This document shows, in pieces, positions 19,659-29,688 of a stretch of DNA of 64,000 nucleotides (position 1 is its first letter; each line of letters starts with the position of its first letter). This DNA is from an uncultured virus (IMG/VR IMGVR_UViG_3300034629_000093) (taxonomy: Duplodnaviria > Heunggongvirae > Uroviricota > Caudoviricetes): IMG/VR virus record IMGVR_UViG_3300034629_000093; one strand, 5' to 3'. The notes beneath the pieces are model-generated. The model did no database searches. It saw only the letters and a program-made list of their open reading frames with translations, and was not told the origin of the DNA. Both the position numbers and the translations under genes were made by a program.

Positions 19659-20072
19659 CTAATCACCCGTCTCTTTGTCCAAAAGACCTTGCTCAACAAT
19701 TTTCATTAATGATTCAATCAGCTTCAGCTTTGTCTCAGGAGTCCAAGGACCATTTTCGACTTTATCTATTATCTCAGTTGCGCGACGCTCAAGATCGCGT
19801 AGCTTCTCAGTCACAAAATCAATAGCAGGTTCGTTTACTCGAATCGCAGAATTTTCTGCATTTTGTGAACCATTTAAGATATAATTCAAATCTGAATCAC
19901 CACAATATTGCACAACTCTTTTTACATCCAAAGAGTTACGAGTTTTTTGAGAAGATAGCGTAGATCTACTCATATGCAGTTTTTTAGCCACCTCATCTTC
20001 ATTGCGCAATGAATACCAATCCATTATACGCTTAATTATTTTTTCTGCATTATGGGAATTATCGCTTGACAT
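19659..20072 (-). CDS. Phage CI-like repressor (HTH)
   Basis: EVAKKLHMSRSTLS...RNS, DLNYILNG; divergent from the early operon. Confidence 0.85.
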   Translation of the reverse strand: MSSDNSHNAEKIIKRIMDWYSLRNEDEVAKKLHMSRSTLSSQKTRNSLDVKRVVQYCGDSDLNYILNGSQNAENSAIRVNEPAIDFVTEKLRDLERRATEIIDKVENGPWTPETKLKLIESLMKIVEQGLLDKETGD

Positions 20073-20094
20073 TTCTGCAATTTGAGAATATATT
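20043..20094 (+). promoter_or_regulatory. Early promoter with repressor operators
   Basis: TTGACA (20066)-N17-TATATT (20089); TTCTGCAWTWTGDGAA at 20043, 20073 and 19854. Confidence 0.75.
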
Positions 20095-20112
20095 ACTTTC
20101 AGAATTTAATCA

Positions 20113-20412
20113 ATGTTTAATCACGGAAGGAAATATATGAAAAAAATTGACATTAACACGGTGTCGCCGAAGGCTGTAAACGAGCAGCTGCCAATGGGAG
20201 CCTACAAGGTTATTGAACAGCGACTTATCCAAAAAGGAAATCCCATCTCTTACCCAACCATTCGCAGAACCTTTGACCCTGAATACTCACCAACAGAGAA
20301 AACCAGAGAAGTTTTAAAAGAAGCCATTGCATACCTGCAGGAGCTTCGCCAAAAGCACACTATACAAGTGATGCCTGAAATAGCCGAGACATTAACGCCA
20401 ACCGGAAGTTAA
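20113..20412 (+). CDS. Ner/Cro-like DNA-binding protein
   Basis: First gene of the early operon, divergent from the repressor; true start may be 20138. Confidence 0.55.
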   Translation: MFNHGRKYMKKIDINTVSPKAVNEQLPMGAYKVIEQRLIQKGNPISYPTIRRTFDPEYSPTEKTREVLKEAIAYLQELRQKHTIQVMPEIAETLTPTGS

Positions 20413-20413
20413 G

Positions 20414-20728
20414 ATGGCAGGCAAAAGAATAGATCATTCAAGAGTGCGGTGTGCGCGGCTGCACGGCTTACCAAATAGCCTGATCGCTGAACGTCTCAAC
20501 TGTAGCAAGCGCCAAGTACGCAGAATCAATCAGGATCTGAACGATGTAGCGATTGATGAATTAACCGGAACCGAGCAGGAATGGATAAGCTGGAAAGCTT
20601 TAAAGACAACCGAAGGTTGCAGCATTCGCAGGATCGCATTCTGTTTCTGCATGAGCCACGAGCACGTGCGACAGATACTAATGAAACACTATCAAGAATT
20701 TAAAATCGAAGAAAAGGAAGCAGCCTAA
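20414..20728 (+). CDS. Double-HTH protein
   Basis: IAERLNCSKRQVRRI and IAFCFCMSHEHVRQIL. Confidence 0.65.
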   Translation: MAGKRIDHSRVRCARLHGLPNSLIAERLNCSKRQVRRINQDLNDVAIDELTGTEQEWISWKALKTTEGCSIRRIAFCFCMSHEHVRQILMKHYQEFKIEEKEAA

Positions 20729-22017
20729 TGGGAAAAACTAACTATCAAAAGAAGCTGCAACAGCTTTGTAAAGAGCATGAAATTGACGGTGGATTGCAAT
20801 CAAGTATGGGCAAAGCTTACAGCCTGTCAGGACAAGATACACTGTTTGAATTTTTGGATGATGAAGATTCTAAAGAAGTATATGAGCAATTAACCGAGCG
20901 TGGTGTGGATCAGGTTATTGAAGAGATTGAAAAATCTTATGTCTCAGATCTTACATCTACAATCTCAAAAGAAAATGAGGACACCAATTCTGCTTCGGCA
21001 GAATCAGCGCAATCAGCGATCAACAAAGGCGGCGCAGTGGCAACGGGCAGTGCCACGGCCGCTTCCTCATTCCAATTAAAAGAAGTGTACAATGCTGAGC
21101 TCGGAGAGCTAATTCAACGCACGCCGGAGCAGCAAGCTATTGGTCATGCCATGTACAATCGCATGAAGCAAGTGGAAACTTACCTGTGGGCAATGGTTAA
21201 TTTATTTTTAGAGGGAAACCACCATTTAGATCTAGGTTATACAACTAGAGAGGATTTTTTTAGGGGAGAATTTTCAATTTCAAAACAAGCTGCTTATAAA
21301 AAATTAAGTGCTGGACAGTTTTTACTCAATCTTTTGCCGGTAAGTGCGCATCAACAAATTCAGGAAGCCAAAGAGATTAAAGGTTTGTCTGCTGATGAAG
21401 CTAAGAACTTTAACAGCCTGGCGAATTTGGGAACGTCAAAGCTTTCGGATATGGCACGCATCGATGAAGCCGACTTTACCGAAGTGCTGAGCGATGGCGT
21501 AGTTAAATTCTCGGATGGCCGTGAAGTTGCACTCGAAGACATTCAGCTGCGTACACGTACCGAGCTGAACAATCTGTTTAAGGCAGAAATTGACAGCTAC
21601 AAAAAGCGCAACGCCAATCTTCTGGATGCTAAGAGTGAAAGCGAAGCAGAGATAAAACGCCTGCAGCAAGAACAAGAGCTGATGGATAAGAAGATTGCCG
21701 ATGCTGATCGCAAAGAAATGCTGTACGGACCTAAAGAAACCAATCTGGAAGGCTACTATCAGCGCGTAGAAATGGCAACCAAAGCCGTGCGCGATGCCAA
21801 TAAGATCATCACCAAAATAGAGCTACCGGAAGATGCACCCGATGATCTGCAAATGAGCGTGCAAGCCTTGCATAAAATGATTGATGGCGGTCGGCAGGTA
21901 TTGTTTGATAACAACTACAGCGCCATTGAAGGCGTGGCTGAAACTCGCCCGACTACCTTAGCCAGCGGCGATGTGATCGACAATGCAACCGGTGAAATTT
22001 TAGAAGAGGCTGAATAA
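20728..22017 (+). CDS. DUF3102-like phage protein with coiled coil
   Basis: GYTTREDFFRGEFSISKQAAYK, LGTSKL; C-terminal DNATGEI. Confidence 0.5.
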   Translation: MGKTNYQKKLQQLCKEHEIDGGLQSSMGKAYSLSGQDTLFEFLDDEDSKEVYEQLTERGVDQVIEEIEKSYVSDLTSTISKENEDTNSASAESAQSAINKGGAVATGSATAASSFQLKEVYNAELGELIQRTPEQQAIGHAMYNRMKQVETYLWAMVNLFLEGNHHLDLGYTTREDFFRGEFSISKQAAYKKLSAGQFLLNLLPVSAHQQIQEAKEIKGLSADEAKNFNSLANLGTSKLSDMARIDEADFTEVLSDGVVKFSDGREVALEDIQLRTRTELNNLFKAEIDSYKKRNANLLDAKSESEAEIKRLQQEQELMDKKIADADRKEMLYGPKETNLEGYYQRVEMATKAVRDANKIITKIELPEDAPDDLQMSVQALHKMIDGGRQVLFDNNYSAIEGVAETRPTTLASGDVIDNATGEILEEAE

Positions 22018-22325
22018 TGGATTTAATCGGCTACTGCAAAACCATTCAAAAATACGACGTGCTGAACATGCACGACGTAGTGAAATTCAAAGTGATCAAC
22101 TATATCGGACTGCATGAAAACCCTTTGAAGAAATCGCGTTCCGTAGTTGCAAAACATAGCAACGGATTGGATTACATCATCCACCAATGCGACAGCCCTT
22201 TGAAAGCACGCAACATCGCCGACAGCCTCAACAGGTTAATGATGCAGGTCACCGGTTCAGGTCCAAAGCCAACCGTAGATGTACTCCCACAAATTGAACT
22301 CCCCAAAGCCACAGGACAATCATGA
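22017..22325 (+). CDS. Phage hypothetical protein
   Basis: Overlapping stop/start coupling with neighbours. Confidence 0.65.
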   Translation: MDLIGYCKTIQKYDVLNMHDVVKFKVINYIGLHENPLKKSRSVVAKHSNGLDYIIHQCDSPLKARNIADSLNRLMMQVTGSGPKPTVDVLPQIELPKATGQS

Positions 22326-22852
22326 AAGCAACTATCAGAACATACTCCGGCCAATACCTTGATCTGTTAGATCCCGATCCGGATAAGATCATTATTGATG
22401 ACATCGCCCAGGCATTAAGCGTACTTCCGCGCTTCACAGGTCACACCATTTTTCCTTACACCATTGCGCAGCATTCGTTGTGGTGTTACAAAAATGTATT
22501 TGGTCCCGAACTTGGCTACCAAGCTTTGATGCACGATGCCGCGGAAGCGTATGTGAATGATCTTGCCTCACCACTTAAAAAGAGCCTGAGCAAATACCAG
22601 ATGGTTGAAGGCTTTGTTTGGAGTGTGATCGCTGCCAAGTTCGATCTGCCGGAACGCCTACATCCACGGATCAAAGAAGTAGATCAGAAAGCATTTAAGC
22701 ATGAGTATTTCTGGTTAGATCCGGAGCGCTACAAGCCAACCTGTGGGCTTAGATATGAGCATTTCAGCGGTGTGAAAAAGCAGTTTCTGCGTCGCTTCCA
22801 TAAGCTAACCGAAGGAAGATTTAAAGAAGAACAGATCACCAAAGTAGCATGA
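22322..22852 (+). CDS. HD-domain phosphohydrolase (YfdR-like deoxynucleotidase)
   Basis: DIAQALS..PRFTGH..YTIAQHS, LMHDAAEAYVND, PLK. Confidence 0.85.
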   Translation: MKATIRTYSGQYLDLLDPDPDKIIIDDIAQALSVLPRFTGHTIFPYTIAQHSLWCYKNVFGPELGYQALMHDAAEAYVNDLASPLKKSLSKYQMVEGFVWSVIAAKFDLPERLHPRIKEVDQKAFKHEYFWLDPERYKPTCGLRYEHFSGVKKQFLRRFHKLTEGRFKEEQITKVA

Positions 22853-23208
22853 GCACTTACCACCACATACAACAACGCAAACCCGATCCAATGGACATCA
22901 TCATCATACTTCTGTTAATAGGAACCATCATTGTTTCCGGCTTGGCTTTATACAACGCCGGTAAAGAAATTGCAAGGCAGTTTAGAGCTTATGACGAAGT
23001 GGGCACGCTGTTCGATAAAACCTGGACCGGCCACAACGAAACAAAGCTGCTTGCCTTAAGCCTTACCTGGCACAAGTTAGGCAAGAAAAGAAATCAGCCT
23101 GAATACCAAAAAGCCTTCAATAAACTATTTGAGCTGGAAGCGCCTGAAACTTCAATTCTAAATCAGCGAGACAATCCGCAATCATCGATCCCGAAACCAA
23201 TTTTATAA
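22849..23208 (+). CDS. Membrane-anchored hypothetical protein
   Basis: Single N-terminal TM helix. Confidence 0.6.
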   Translation: MSTYHHIQQRKPDPMDIIIILLLIGTIIVSGLALYNAGKEIARQFRAYDEVGTLFDKTWTGHNETKLLALSLTWHKLGKKRNQPEYQKAFNKLFELEAPETSILNQRDNPQSSIPKPIL

Positions 23209-23225
23209 ACCAAAAATCCAACACA

Positions 23226-23930
23226 ATGAGTACTAAAAAAAGAACCATAGCACAGCAAGCCGGCACTGCCAGACGTAAGCTAAAAAGACAGGGAATTGAA
23301 TTTTTAACCGACTACAAAGGAACGGATGTTCCGATTGATTACGTGCCGAATATTGATTTGCTAGAGCATTATAACACGATGGAGTTATTAGAAGAGGCGC
23401 GTTCTATTCGTGAGCAACTGGAAGCTTTTAAAGCCAAAGTGCAAACCACCGGTGATGAGATATACATGCAAATGCTTGCCGAAGCCGGAGTGGATTCACC
23501 TAATAAGAATTTCACGCTTAGCACTTTCAATAAAGGCATGAAGATCATTTTTAAGCGACCGCCAAAATACACTCAGGATGAAAAAGAATTGGCGATTTCT
23601 CGAGAGTTCAAAAAGAAATGGCTGGAAGATGAAGCTGAAAATGTTCCGGAATACATCATTGATCTGGTTGTGTCGCTATTGGAAAGTAAGGATGGCAACA
23701 TCGACCAAGCTCAGATCAGCGAGCTGAATAAAATGACGCAGAAGATCCGCAATAAGAACTTCCGGAAGATGGTGGATCACTTCAACAAATCACTGGATGC
23801 TTACTACGCTAAGCGATACGAACAATTCTTATACAAAGATAACCAGGGCAAAGAGCAAAGCATTGTGATGAACTATGCCGATGCCGAACCACGTCAACCC
23901 GAACAGCAAGAATCTAAAGAAGCAGCTTAA
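23226..23930 (+). CDS. DUF3164-like Mu-phage protein
   Basis: NFTLSTFN, C-terminal YEQF.YKDNQGKEQSIVMNY pattern typical of Mu-like early operons. Confidence 0.65.
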   Translation: MSTKKRTIAQQAGTARRKLKRQGIEFLTDYKGTDVPIDYVPNIDLLEHYNTMELLEEARSIREQLEAFKAKVQTTGDEIYMQMLAEAGVDSPNKNFTLSTFNKGMKIIFKRPPKYTQDEKELAISREFKKKWLEDEAENVPEYIIDLVVSLLESKDGNIDQAQISELNKMTQKIRNKNFRKMVDHFNKSLDAYYAKRYEQFLYKDNQGKEQSIVMNYADAEPRQPEQQESKEAA

Positions 23931-24007
23931 AGAAACTCTCTTGATGAATAGTTATCTGCAGGGCTTTGATCGGCACTGCAGTTTTCACCCACAATAAACC
24001 CAACATT

Positions 24008-24196
24008 ATGTTACTACTTGCCACTGTCACCACCTTCGAGATCATCGCCATCTGCGCTGTTTCAGCAATGATCGGTGTAATACTCGGCTTTGCACTCTGC
24101 GCCATCCTAAGTGCCGGAAGCAGAGCAGATGATGCAATTGAAAGCATGTTGAATGAGAGAGATGCTGAAAGCTCAGTCCTAACTCCTAACTCCTAA
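24008..24196 (+). CDS. Small membrane protein
   Basis: IGVILGFALCAILSAGSRADD motif common in phage early regions. Confidence 0.6.
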   Translation: MLLLATVTTFEIIAICAVSAMIGVILGFALCAILSAGSRADDAIESMLNERDAESSVLTPNS

Positions 24197-24253
24197 CTCC
24201 TAACTCCTAACTCCTAACTCCTAACTCCTAACTCCTAACTCCTAACTCCTAAC
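24177..24253 (+). repeat. Perfect heptamer microsatellite (TCCTAAC)11
   Basis: 11 exact units counted. Confidence 0.97.
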
Positions 24254-24262
24254 CAAATCAAA

Positions 24263-24499
24263 ATGCCCACGCTTACCAAATCAGGAAATACGCACGAACT
24301 CGAATACCCATCCGATCAGGACATTCTGGATGCATTCGATCACATCCGCAACGGAGAGACATTGCGGATCATTTGCCGGAGCGCAGCTCAATGGCACGAT
24401 ACAGGAATCATCGTGAAAGATGAATTCCCAAACACACTTTTCCGCATCACCAAAAAAACGGAAAACTCAGACATGATATTAATCATAAAGGTACTGTGA
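24263..24499 (+). CDS. Phage hypothetical protein
   Basis: 78 aa ORF in the operon. Confidence 0.6.
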   Translation: MPTLTKSGNTHELEYPSDQDILDAFDHIRNGETLRIICRSAAQWHDTGIIVKDEFPNTLFRITKKTENSDMILIIKVL

Positions 24500-24819
24500 T
24501 GAAGACAAAAATAAACAAACAACAAGAAGGAAATTTAACTGCAACCGCCATTCTACTGCTCATATTTTTTGCAGTGTATGCAGCACTTAGTGGTTGCGCA
24601 ACCGCACCGGAATTTGAATATCAAAACACGATCGAGCTTAAAGGCTACATCGCAAATGAGCATAACAATCCGGTGATCTTTAAAACCGACAGCACACTGC
24701 ACTATGTGTATGACTACCAATTTGATCCGCAATTAGTACGGGTTAAAAGAACCATTCTTGTAAAAGAACAAGATGGAAAGTTCATCTTTATAGCTGAAAA
24801 ATTTGAGGCTTTACGATGA
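24496..24819 (+). CDS. Putative lipoprotein
   Basis: Hydrophobic stretch ending in LSGC. Confidence 0.6.
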   Translation: MMKTKINKQQEGNLTATAILLLIFFAVYAALSGCATAPEFEYQNTIELKGYIANEHNNPVIFKTDSTLHYVYDYQFDPQLVRVKRTILVKEQDGKFIFIAEKFEALR

Positions 24820-25133
24820 GCGGATGCATAGGAAACGGCCATGGCATAAACGCCTGGGAAACCCAAGAACCGGAAGAAATAGTGGGAGGCAGAAATCACA
24901 TCGCCCGGCTGCTAAAACAAGCAGAGGAAGGCGCATTTGAGTGCGATTTAGGTTGCTATGATGAAGTAATTCTTGAAGAACCGATTATGCCATATAGTAG
25001 ATATAAAAACTCGCCTGTAAGTCTGGTTCCGCTTGGATTCATTATCGAAGAATACAAAACTGGGGCATTACATGATTATCCAGAAATAAAAGATTGGGTT
25101 GAAGATCAATTCCATCCACTGGCACTAATCTAA
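24816..25133 (+). CDS. Phage hypothetical protein
   Basis: ATGA overlap with the previous gene. Confidence 0.6.
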   Translation: MSGCIGNGHGINAWETQEPEEIVGGRNHIARLLKQAEEGAFECDLGCYDEVILEEPIMPYSRYKNSPVSLVPLGFIIEEYKTGALHDYPEIKDWVEDQFHPLALI

Positions 25134-25167
25134 TAATTCTTAATTCTTAATTCTTAATTCTTAATTG

Positions 25168-25677
25168 ATGAGCTCCGCGAATACTCCATACAAACAACGA
25201 CCAATCACATCCGGCAGGATTAAAGCCATTCATGTAACCGGCAGCCGAGTGATCAGCGCACACGGCATATGGTCAGATCTGAAAGAAATGAAATCCGATT
25301 GGTTATATCCGGAATATGGAATAAGCAGCACAAAGGATCTAACCATTGCCCAGGCAGATCATGCCATTGAGCACCTGCAAGGAATGCTCGGCGATGGAGC
25401 TGTGCGAATTACGAAGCCGCAAGAATATAAGCTGAAAGCATTACGCGAATTATTAGGCTGGCCACAGCAACGGCTTTGGAACTTCATAAAGCGCCAAACC
25501 AACCAGCGTAAAAGCGAACGCATGTTACTGCGCGACGAAGCAACCAGCATCATCATTGGCTTGCAACACATCTACGCCGAAGGCAATGACGAACTATACG
25601 ACAAACTAAACCGAGCATCTTCCGGCTACATCCTAAGCGATGAAGGAAGAGCTGAACTTGAATCACTTAAAAATTAG
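25168..25677 (+). CDS. GemA/gp16 (DUF1018)-like protein
   Basis: IKAIH, YGISSTKDLT..QA...I..L, EAT.II.GL pattern. Confidence 0.7.
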   Translation: MSSANTPYKQRPITSGRIKAIHVTGSRVISAHGIWSDLKEMKSDWLYPEYGISSTKDLTIAQADHAIEHLQGMLGDGAVRITKPQEYKLKALRELLGWPQQRLWNFIKRQTNQRKSERMLLRDEATSIIIGLQHIYAEGNDELYDKLNRASSGYILSDEGRAELESLKN

Positions 25678-25681
25678 GATT

Positions 25682-25888
25682 ATGGAATTGAAATTTGGAC
25701 AGCTGCTGATCGAAAACGCCTACGATATAAATAATGAACCATCAGGATTCATTGTCTCAATTCCCGGAAGGCGTGATATAGTAAAATGTATCTGCAAGAA
25801 TAAGAAAGAGCTTTTTGAGGCAATCGAAGGATCGATGGTAGAAAGAGCACCTGACACCATAACTGAACACATTATTCCTAATTATTAA
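25682..25888 (+). CDS. Phage hypothetical protein
   Basis: MELKFG start just after the previous stop. Confidence 0.5.
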   Translation: MELKFGQLLIENAYDINNEPSGFIVSIPGRRDIVKCICKNKKELFEAIEGSMVERAPDTITEHIIPNY

Positions 25889-26039
25889 TTGAACCATTCT
25901 TAATTGAAAACGATGCTCCACCAAACCAAAGCCTTACCGACTCTAAACTTTCCGCACCCTGCATGGGTGATTGTGATCAACACCGAATCATCATCAGGCT
26001 ACACCATCCAAACAACCCAAATCATACACTTTAATTAAT

Positions 26040-26207
26040 ATGGATAAAATAGAATGCAAAAACTGTGGTGAATTAACACCAATTAGCCCTGATTTTATAA
26101 ATATCGAGCTAAGAAAAGGAAAGATTGAATTAGAAATCCATTGTTATGAATGCGAAAAGACAAATTGGATTTGGATCGATCAAGATGATCTACAGGCAGA
26201 TACCTAA
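26040..26207 (+). CDS. 55-aa zinc-ribbon protein (absent from the ORF track)
   Basis: MDKIECKNCG...HCYECEK...DT*; two CxxC motifs. Confidence 0.6.
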   Translation: MDKIECKNCGELTPISPDFINIELRKGKIELEIHCYECEKTNWIWIDQDDLQADT

Positions 26208-26268
26208 TCCACTTAATCACCAATAACTAAAAACTCCGCTTCGCGGATCGGGCGCAAACCAACACCAC

Positions 26269-28017
26269 ATGTCAAACCAAAAATCAAATATCGAACTCAA
26301 CCAACGCTGGACGGAAGTGCAAGTAAATTGGCATGAGATCAAGCATGAGATCGATACTGCGCCACACGGAACCAAAGGCAAGGTGAAGCAAGATATTGCC
26401 CAGCGTTTAGGCCTCAGCAAAGATCAGATCCACAGTGCATTGCGAACGCAATTCGGCAAAGCCAAAATTGTAAAACGCGACGACCTGGAGCAAACCGAAG
26501 AATACGAATCCAATCGCCGAGTGGCTTATTTAGTAGCCGAGCAAAAAGAGAAGATGAAGAATGCCGGTTCCGGAGAGCGAGAGCTGAGCACCGAACGCAT
26601 TTTAAAGCTGCTCGTAAAATGGGGAATTGAGGAAGCCGAAGATTGTACGGTAAGCACCATCAATCGCATCATTCGCGAAGAATTCGGCTACCGGCAAACC
26701 ACACCACGCAAACGCTTGGAATGCACGCACGCGCTGCAACAAGTTCAAGTGGATTTCTCATTCAGCAAATACTTTTCAATAGCAGGTGTAGATCCCGTCA
26801 CCGGTGATTGGTTAATGCAAGCTTCAAAGAAACGGCTCGATTATAAAGAGGGCGACAAAAAGAGACGCGCCATGCTTGGTGTCATTATAGATAGTTACTC
26901 ACGCTTGCGATATCATCATTGCGTAGTTACATCCGGCGAGAGCTCCAATTCAACCATCGCCATTCTAAACCAATTCTTTAACCGTGATGAAGATGAATTG
27001 GCGTTCCGCCACGTAGGTTGGAACTGGCACATGGATAATGGTCCATTGGCTAAATCTCAAGAAGGAAAAAGCTTCTTTAAGGCAATAGATCGTCCTGTAA
27101 CTACATCCACACCGTATGAAAAGACCGGTATTGGTAAAGCTGAGCGCAGTTGGCCACTCATTTGGCAGCTCGAAATGGAGCTTGTAAGCGAAATTGGAGT
27201 AGGTGGAATCATCAGTTTAGAGCAATATAACGCCGCTTTATTGGCAGAATGTGTGCGACAGCAATACGAAGAGCATCCATTTTATGCCGGACAGCGCAGA
27301 ATAGATCTATATCAACAGTCAATACTTCGCCAGGACCCACGCCCGGAAACGATCGAAGCCGATTTAAGCAAGCTTGTGTATACGTTCTTAGAAAGAACGG
27401 TTGGTTCCGATCAGAAAATAATGATTGGAAAGAAAGCTTATGAAGTTCCAGTTTGGGCTGGCGACCATTATACAACCGAGCGCAGGATTCGTGTAATGAT
27501 CAACCGAGACGGGCAGATGAAAGGCGAGCTGATAGATCGCAATGCACCACAGTTTGAGATTCGGGAATTTGACCCAACTATGACGGGCAGTTATTCCGGC
27601 ACGCATCAAAAGACTTTTGCGCAACGCTTAGCGAAAGATATTAAGGAAAAGAATTCCATGACCGAGCAGATCCGCGAGCAAGCCAAAGGCGGAACGCCAC
27701 AAGCAGCACCGGCACGCCCACGGCCACTAATGCCGGCAAGCAAACCAGCTGCTATTCATTCCCCATTTGCGAGCGATGAAACTAAGCACTCAGAACTCAA
27801 CACTCAAAACTCAGATAAGTGTATCAGCAAATTTGAAGCAATCACTTTTGTATCAGAAATAATGAAGCGCAACGGCATCGAATTTAACGATCAGCTGTAC
27901 GAATTCTTTGATGACTATGTGGTGCAAGTAGGCCTCGACAAATTCGAGATCCAGAAAGCAGCCAAGTCCATCATCGATGATTTAAAAGGAACCAATAACA
28001 CAGGAACGGTGGGATGA
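26269..28017 (+). CDS. Mu-type DDE transposase
   Basis: QVDFS, IIDSYSR, WHMDNG, GKAER catalytic pattern; HTH VSTINRII; C-terminal beta domain. Confidence 0.85.
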   Translation: MSNQKSNIELNQRWTEVQVNWHEIKHEIDTAPHGTKGKVKQDIAQRLGLSKDQIHSALRTQFGKAKIVKRDDLEQTEEYESNRRVAYLVAEQKEKMKNAGSGERELSTERILKLLVKWGIEEAEDCTVSTINRIIREEFGYRQTTPRKRLECTHALQQVQVDFSFSKYFSIAGVDPVTGDWLMQASKKRLDYKEGDKKRRAMLGVIIDSYSRLRYHHCVVTSGESSNSTIAILNQFFNRDEDELAFRHVGWNWHMDNGPLAKSQEGKSFFKAIDRPVTTSTPYEKTGIGKAERSWPLIWQLEMELVSEIGVGGIISLEQYNAALLAECVRQQYEEHPFYAGQRRIDLYQQSILRQDPRPETIEADLSKLVYTFLERTVGSDQKIMIGKKAYEVPVWAGDHYTTERRIRVMINRDGQMKGELIDRNAPQFEIREFDPTMTGSYSGTHQKTFAQRLAKDIKEKNSMTEQIREQAKGGTPQAAPARPRPLMPASKPAAIHSPFASDETKHSELNTQNSDKCISKFEAITFVSEIMKRNGIEFNDQLYEFFDDYVVQVGLDKFEIQKAAKSIIDDLKGTNNTGTVG

Positions 28018-28316
28018 TGAACAGTCAACAACTTTCATTAGATGAGAAAAAAACAATAATAGAAACTGTAATTATTCAGCCAAATAAAGAGATGCCAGAA
28101 GAGGTTTTCTGTGAGCTTTGGAGAATTTCATACTTCATGGAATTAATGGAGAGAGTAGATGATAATCATGTTATTTGGGATGAAAATGTAGAAAGCATCT
28201 ATAGTGAAACAAGTGCAAATGCAGAATATGAAGCTTTACAAAATGACTGGCTTAGATTCACTTTTGAAATACCAAAAGAAACTTATGAACAATTAAAATT
28301 TGCAGAAGATGAATGA
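28014..28316 (+). CDS. Phage hypothetical protein (acidic)
   Basis: ORF coupled to the transposase stop. Confidence 0.6.
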   Translation: MMNSQQLSLDEKKTIIETVIIQPNKEMPEEVFCELWRISYFMELMERVDDNHVIWDENVESIYSETSANAEYEALQNDWLRFTFEIPKETYEQLKFAEDE

Positions 28317-28593
28317 TTTAAAAGAACAAGCAGCCAGAGATCTTGATAAGAAATTAGCTGCAGAACATGCAGCGCATCAATCCGAGTTCGATAAAGAACA
28401 GCAACGGATGGAAGTTGAGGACCGTAGAAAAAACATCAACAATCTGGTAGGTATTAAATACGATACTGAGCGCCCAGGCTCATACCAGGAATTCAAACAG
28501 GCCATGCAAAACATCTACAAATGCAAGTTTGAAAGAAGCTACCTGCGACAGCTGTACCGGAAGTACTTAACTGAATTTAAAGCCGCGAATTGA
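28309..28593 (+). CDS. Phage hypothetical protein
   Basis: Coupled ORF. Confidence 0.6.
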   Translation: MNDLKEQAARDLDKKLAAEHAAHQSEFDKEQQRMEVEDRRKNINNLVGIKYDTERPGSYQEFKQAMQNIYKCKFERSYLRQLYRKYLTEFKAAN

Positions 28594-28844
28594 TGACTGA
28601 TATTTATGATGCACATATCATAATTGAAGAAACAGCAAAGTTTAAACCGGAAAGGTCTGCTATGCTTTTCTATTTATGGTTTAAAGGCAGGTTCTACAAT
28701 GGTGCATCATTCAAAGACTTACTATCCAACTATCCATACAACCCAGGCGAAAGACAATTATACAGATACCTGGAAGAGCTTTCCGCAGCGAGACTTATAA
28801 CCAAAAAGAGAGACAAGAATTATAAAGTAATCTACTACCCATGA
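28593..28844 (+). CDS. Winged-helix protein
   Basis: ERQLYRYLEELSAARLI.KK wHTH pattern. Confidence 0.6.
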   Translation: MTDIYDAHIIIEETAKFKPERSAMLFYLWFKGRFYNGASFKDLLSNYPYNPGERQLYRYLEELSAARLITKKRDKNYKVIYYP

Positions 28845-29188
28845 AAGATTTTGAAGAAATAAATATTGAATCTGACTTATCAGAATGCTGGACTTGTAGT
28901 GTGCTTTTTAACCGTTTCGGAAGTAGTGTCACTGATTGTGATAATTGCAAAACTAAAGAGGCAGTTACTAAAGCTCTTTCATCTATAGGTAAAAGAGTTT
29001 CTGTTTGTTGCTCAGCAATTCCTGGGCATTGGTCGCCAATTCATAGAAACGGCAAAGTGATCGCTCATTTAGTGGATGGTAAAGTTTTAATCAAGCTTGA
29101 TAACGGAAAGAAAATTAAGACTAGTGATTATTCAATCTATTCCGATCAAAACAAGTATGGCATACAAACAAACTTATTTCAACAATGA
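28841..29188 (+). CDS. Cys-rich hypothetical protein
   Basis: CWTC...CDNC. Confidence 0.6.
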   Translation: MKDFEEINIESDLSECWTCSVLFNRFGSSVTDCDNCKTKEAVTKALSSIGKRVSVCCSAIPGHWSPIHRNGKVIAHLVDGKVLIKLDNGKKIKTSDYSIYSDQNKYGIQTNLFQQ

Positions 29189-29673
29189 AAACCTACGTTC
29201 TAATTTTATCGCAATACTTTCCAAAGCATCATCCCAGATCCGGTGATCCAACGAATTTTGTGCAAAAGATGCGAATGGTTGAAAAGCTGCACACTATCCG
29301 CGGCAACTTTCAATTATGGGCTAAACGCATCGACGAAGTTAACCAGGGAAAAGCCATCATAAGCATTCGCCAATGGTCCGGCAAACCATACCGATCAAAA
29401 CAAGAAGAGATCCACCAATTCAAAGCCGGGCAAGTTGGATATGAAGAGATATTCATTTCCTATATACAAGGTCAATTCGAGATCACTTTGAACGATGATG
29501 ACTATCTATATAGTGATGACATTGAAGAGCTCGGAAATAACGATGGCTTAAATGGTGAGCAAGGTTTGAAGGATTGGTTTCTGCCATCCCTTAAAAAAGA
29601 AGAATGCTTTACAGGAATCATCATTCACTTTACCGATTTCAGATACAGAGACTTTAAACACAACAATTCATAA
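29185..29673 (+). CDS. Conserved phage protein (ASCH/PUA-like)
   Basis: KLHTIR, RQWSGKPYRSKQ, NDGL...DWF. Confidence 0.6.
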   Translation: MKTYVLILSQYFPKHHPRSGDPTNFVQKMRMVEKLHTIRGNFQLWAKRIDEVNQGKAIISIRQWSGKPYRSKQEEIHQFKAGQVGYEEIFISYIQGQFEITLNDDDYLYSDDIEELGNNDGLNGEQGLKDWFLPSLKKEECFTGIIIHFTDFRYRDFKHNNS

Positions 29674-29688
29674 TTACAGGAAGGAATC

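Noticed and set aside
24177..24253. Possible CRISPR array from the regular repeats here and at other junctions
   Set aside because: Units are 7-8 nt with no unique spacers and there are no cas genes.
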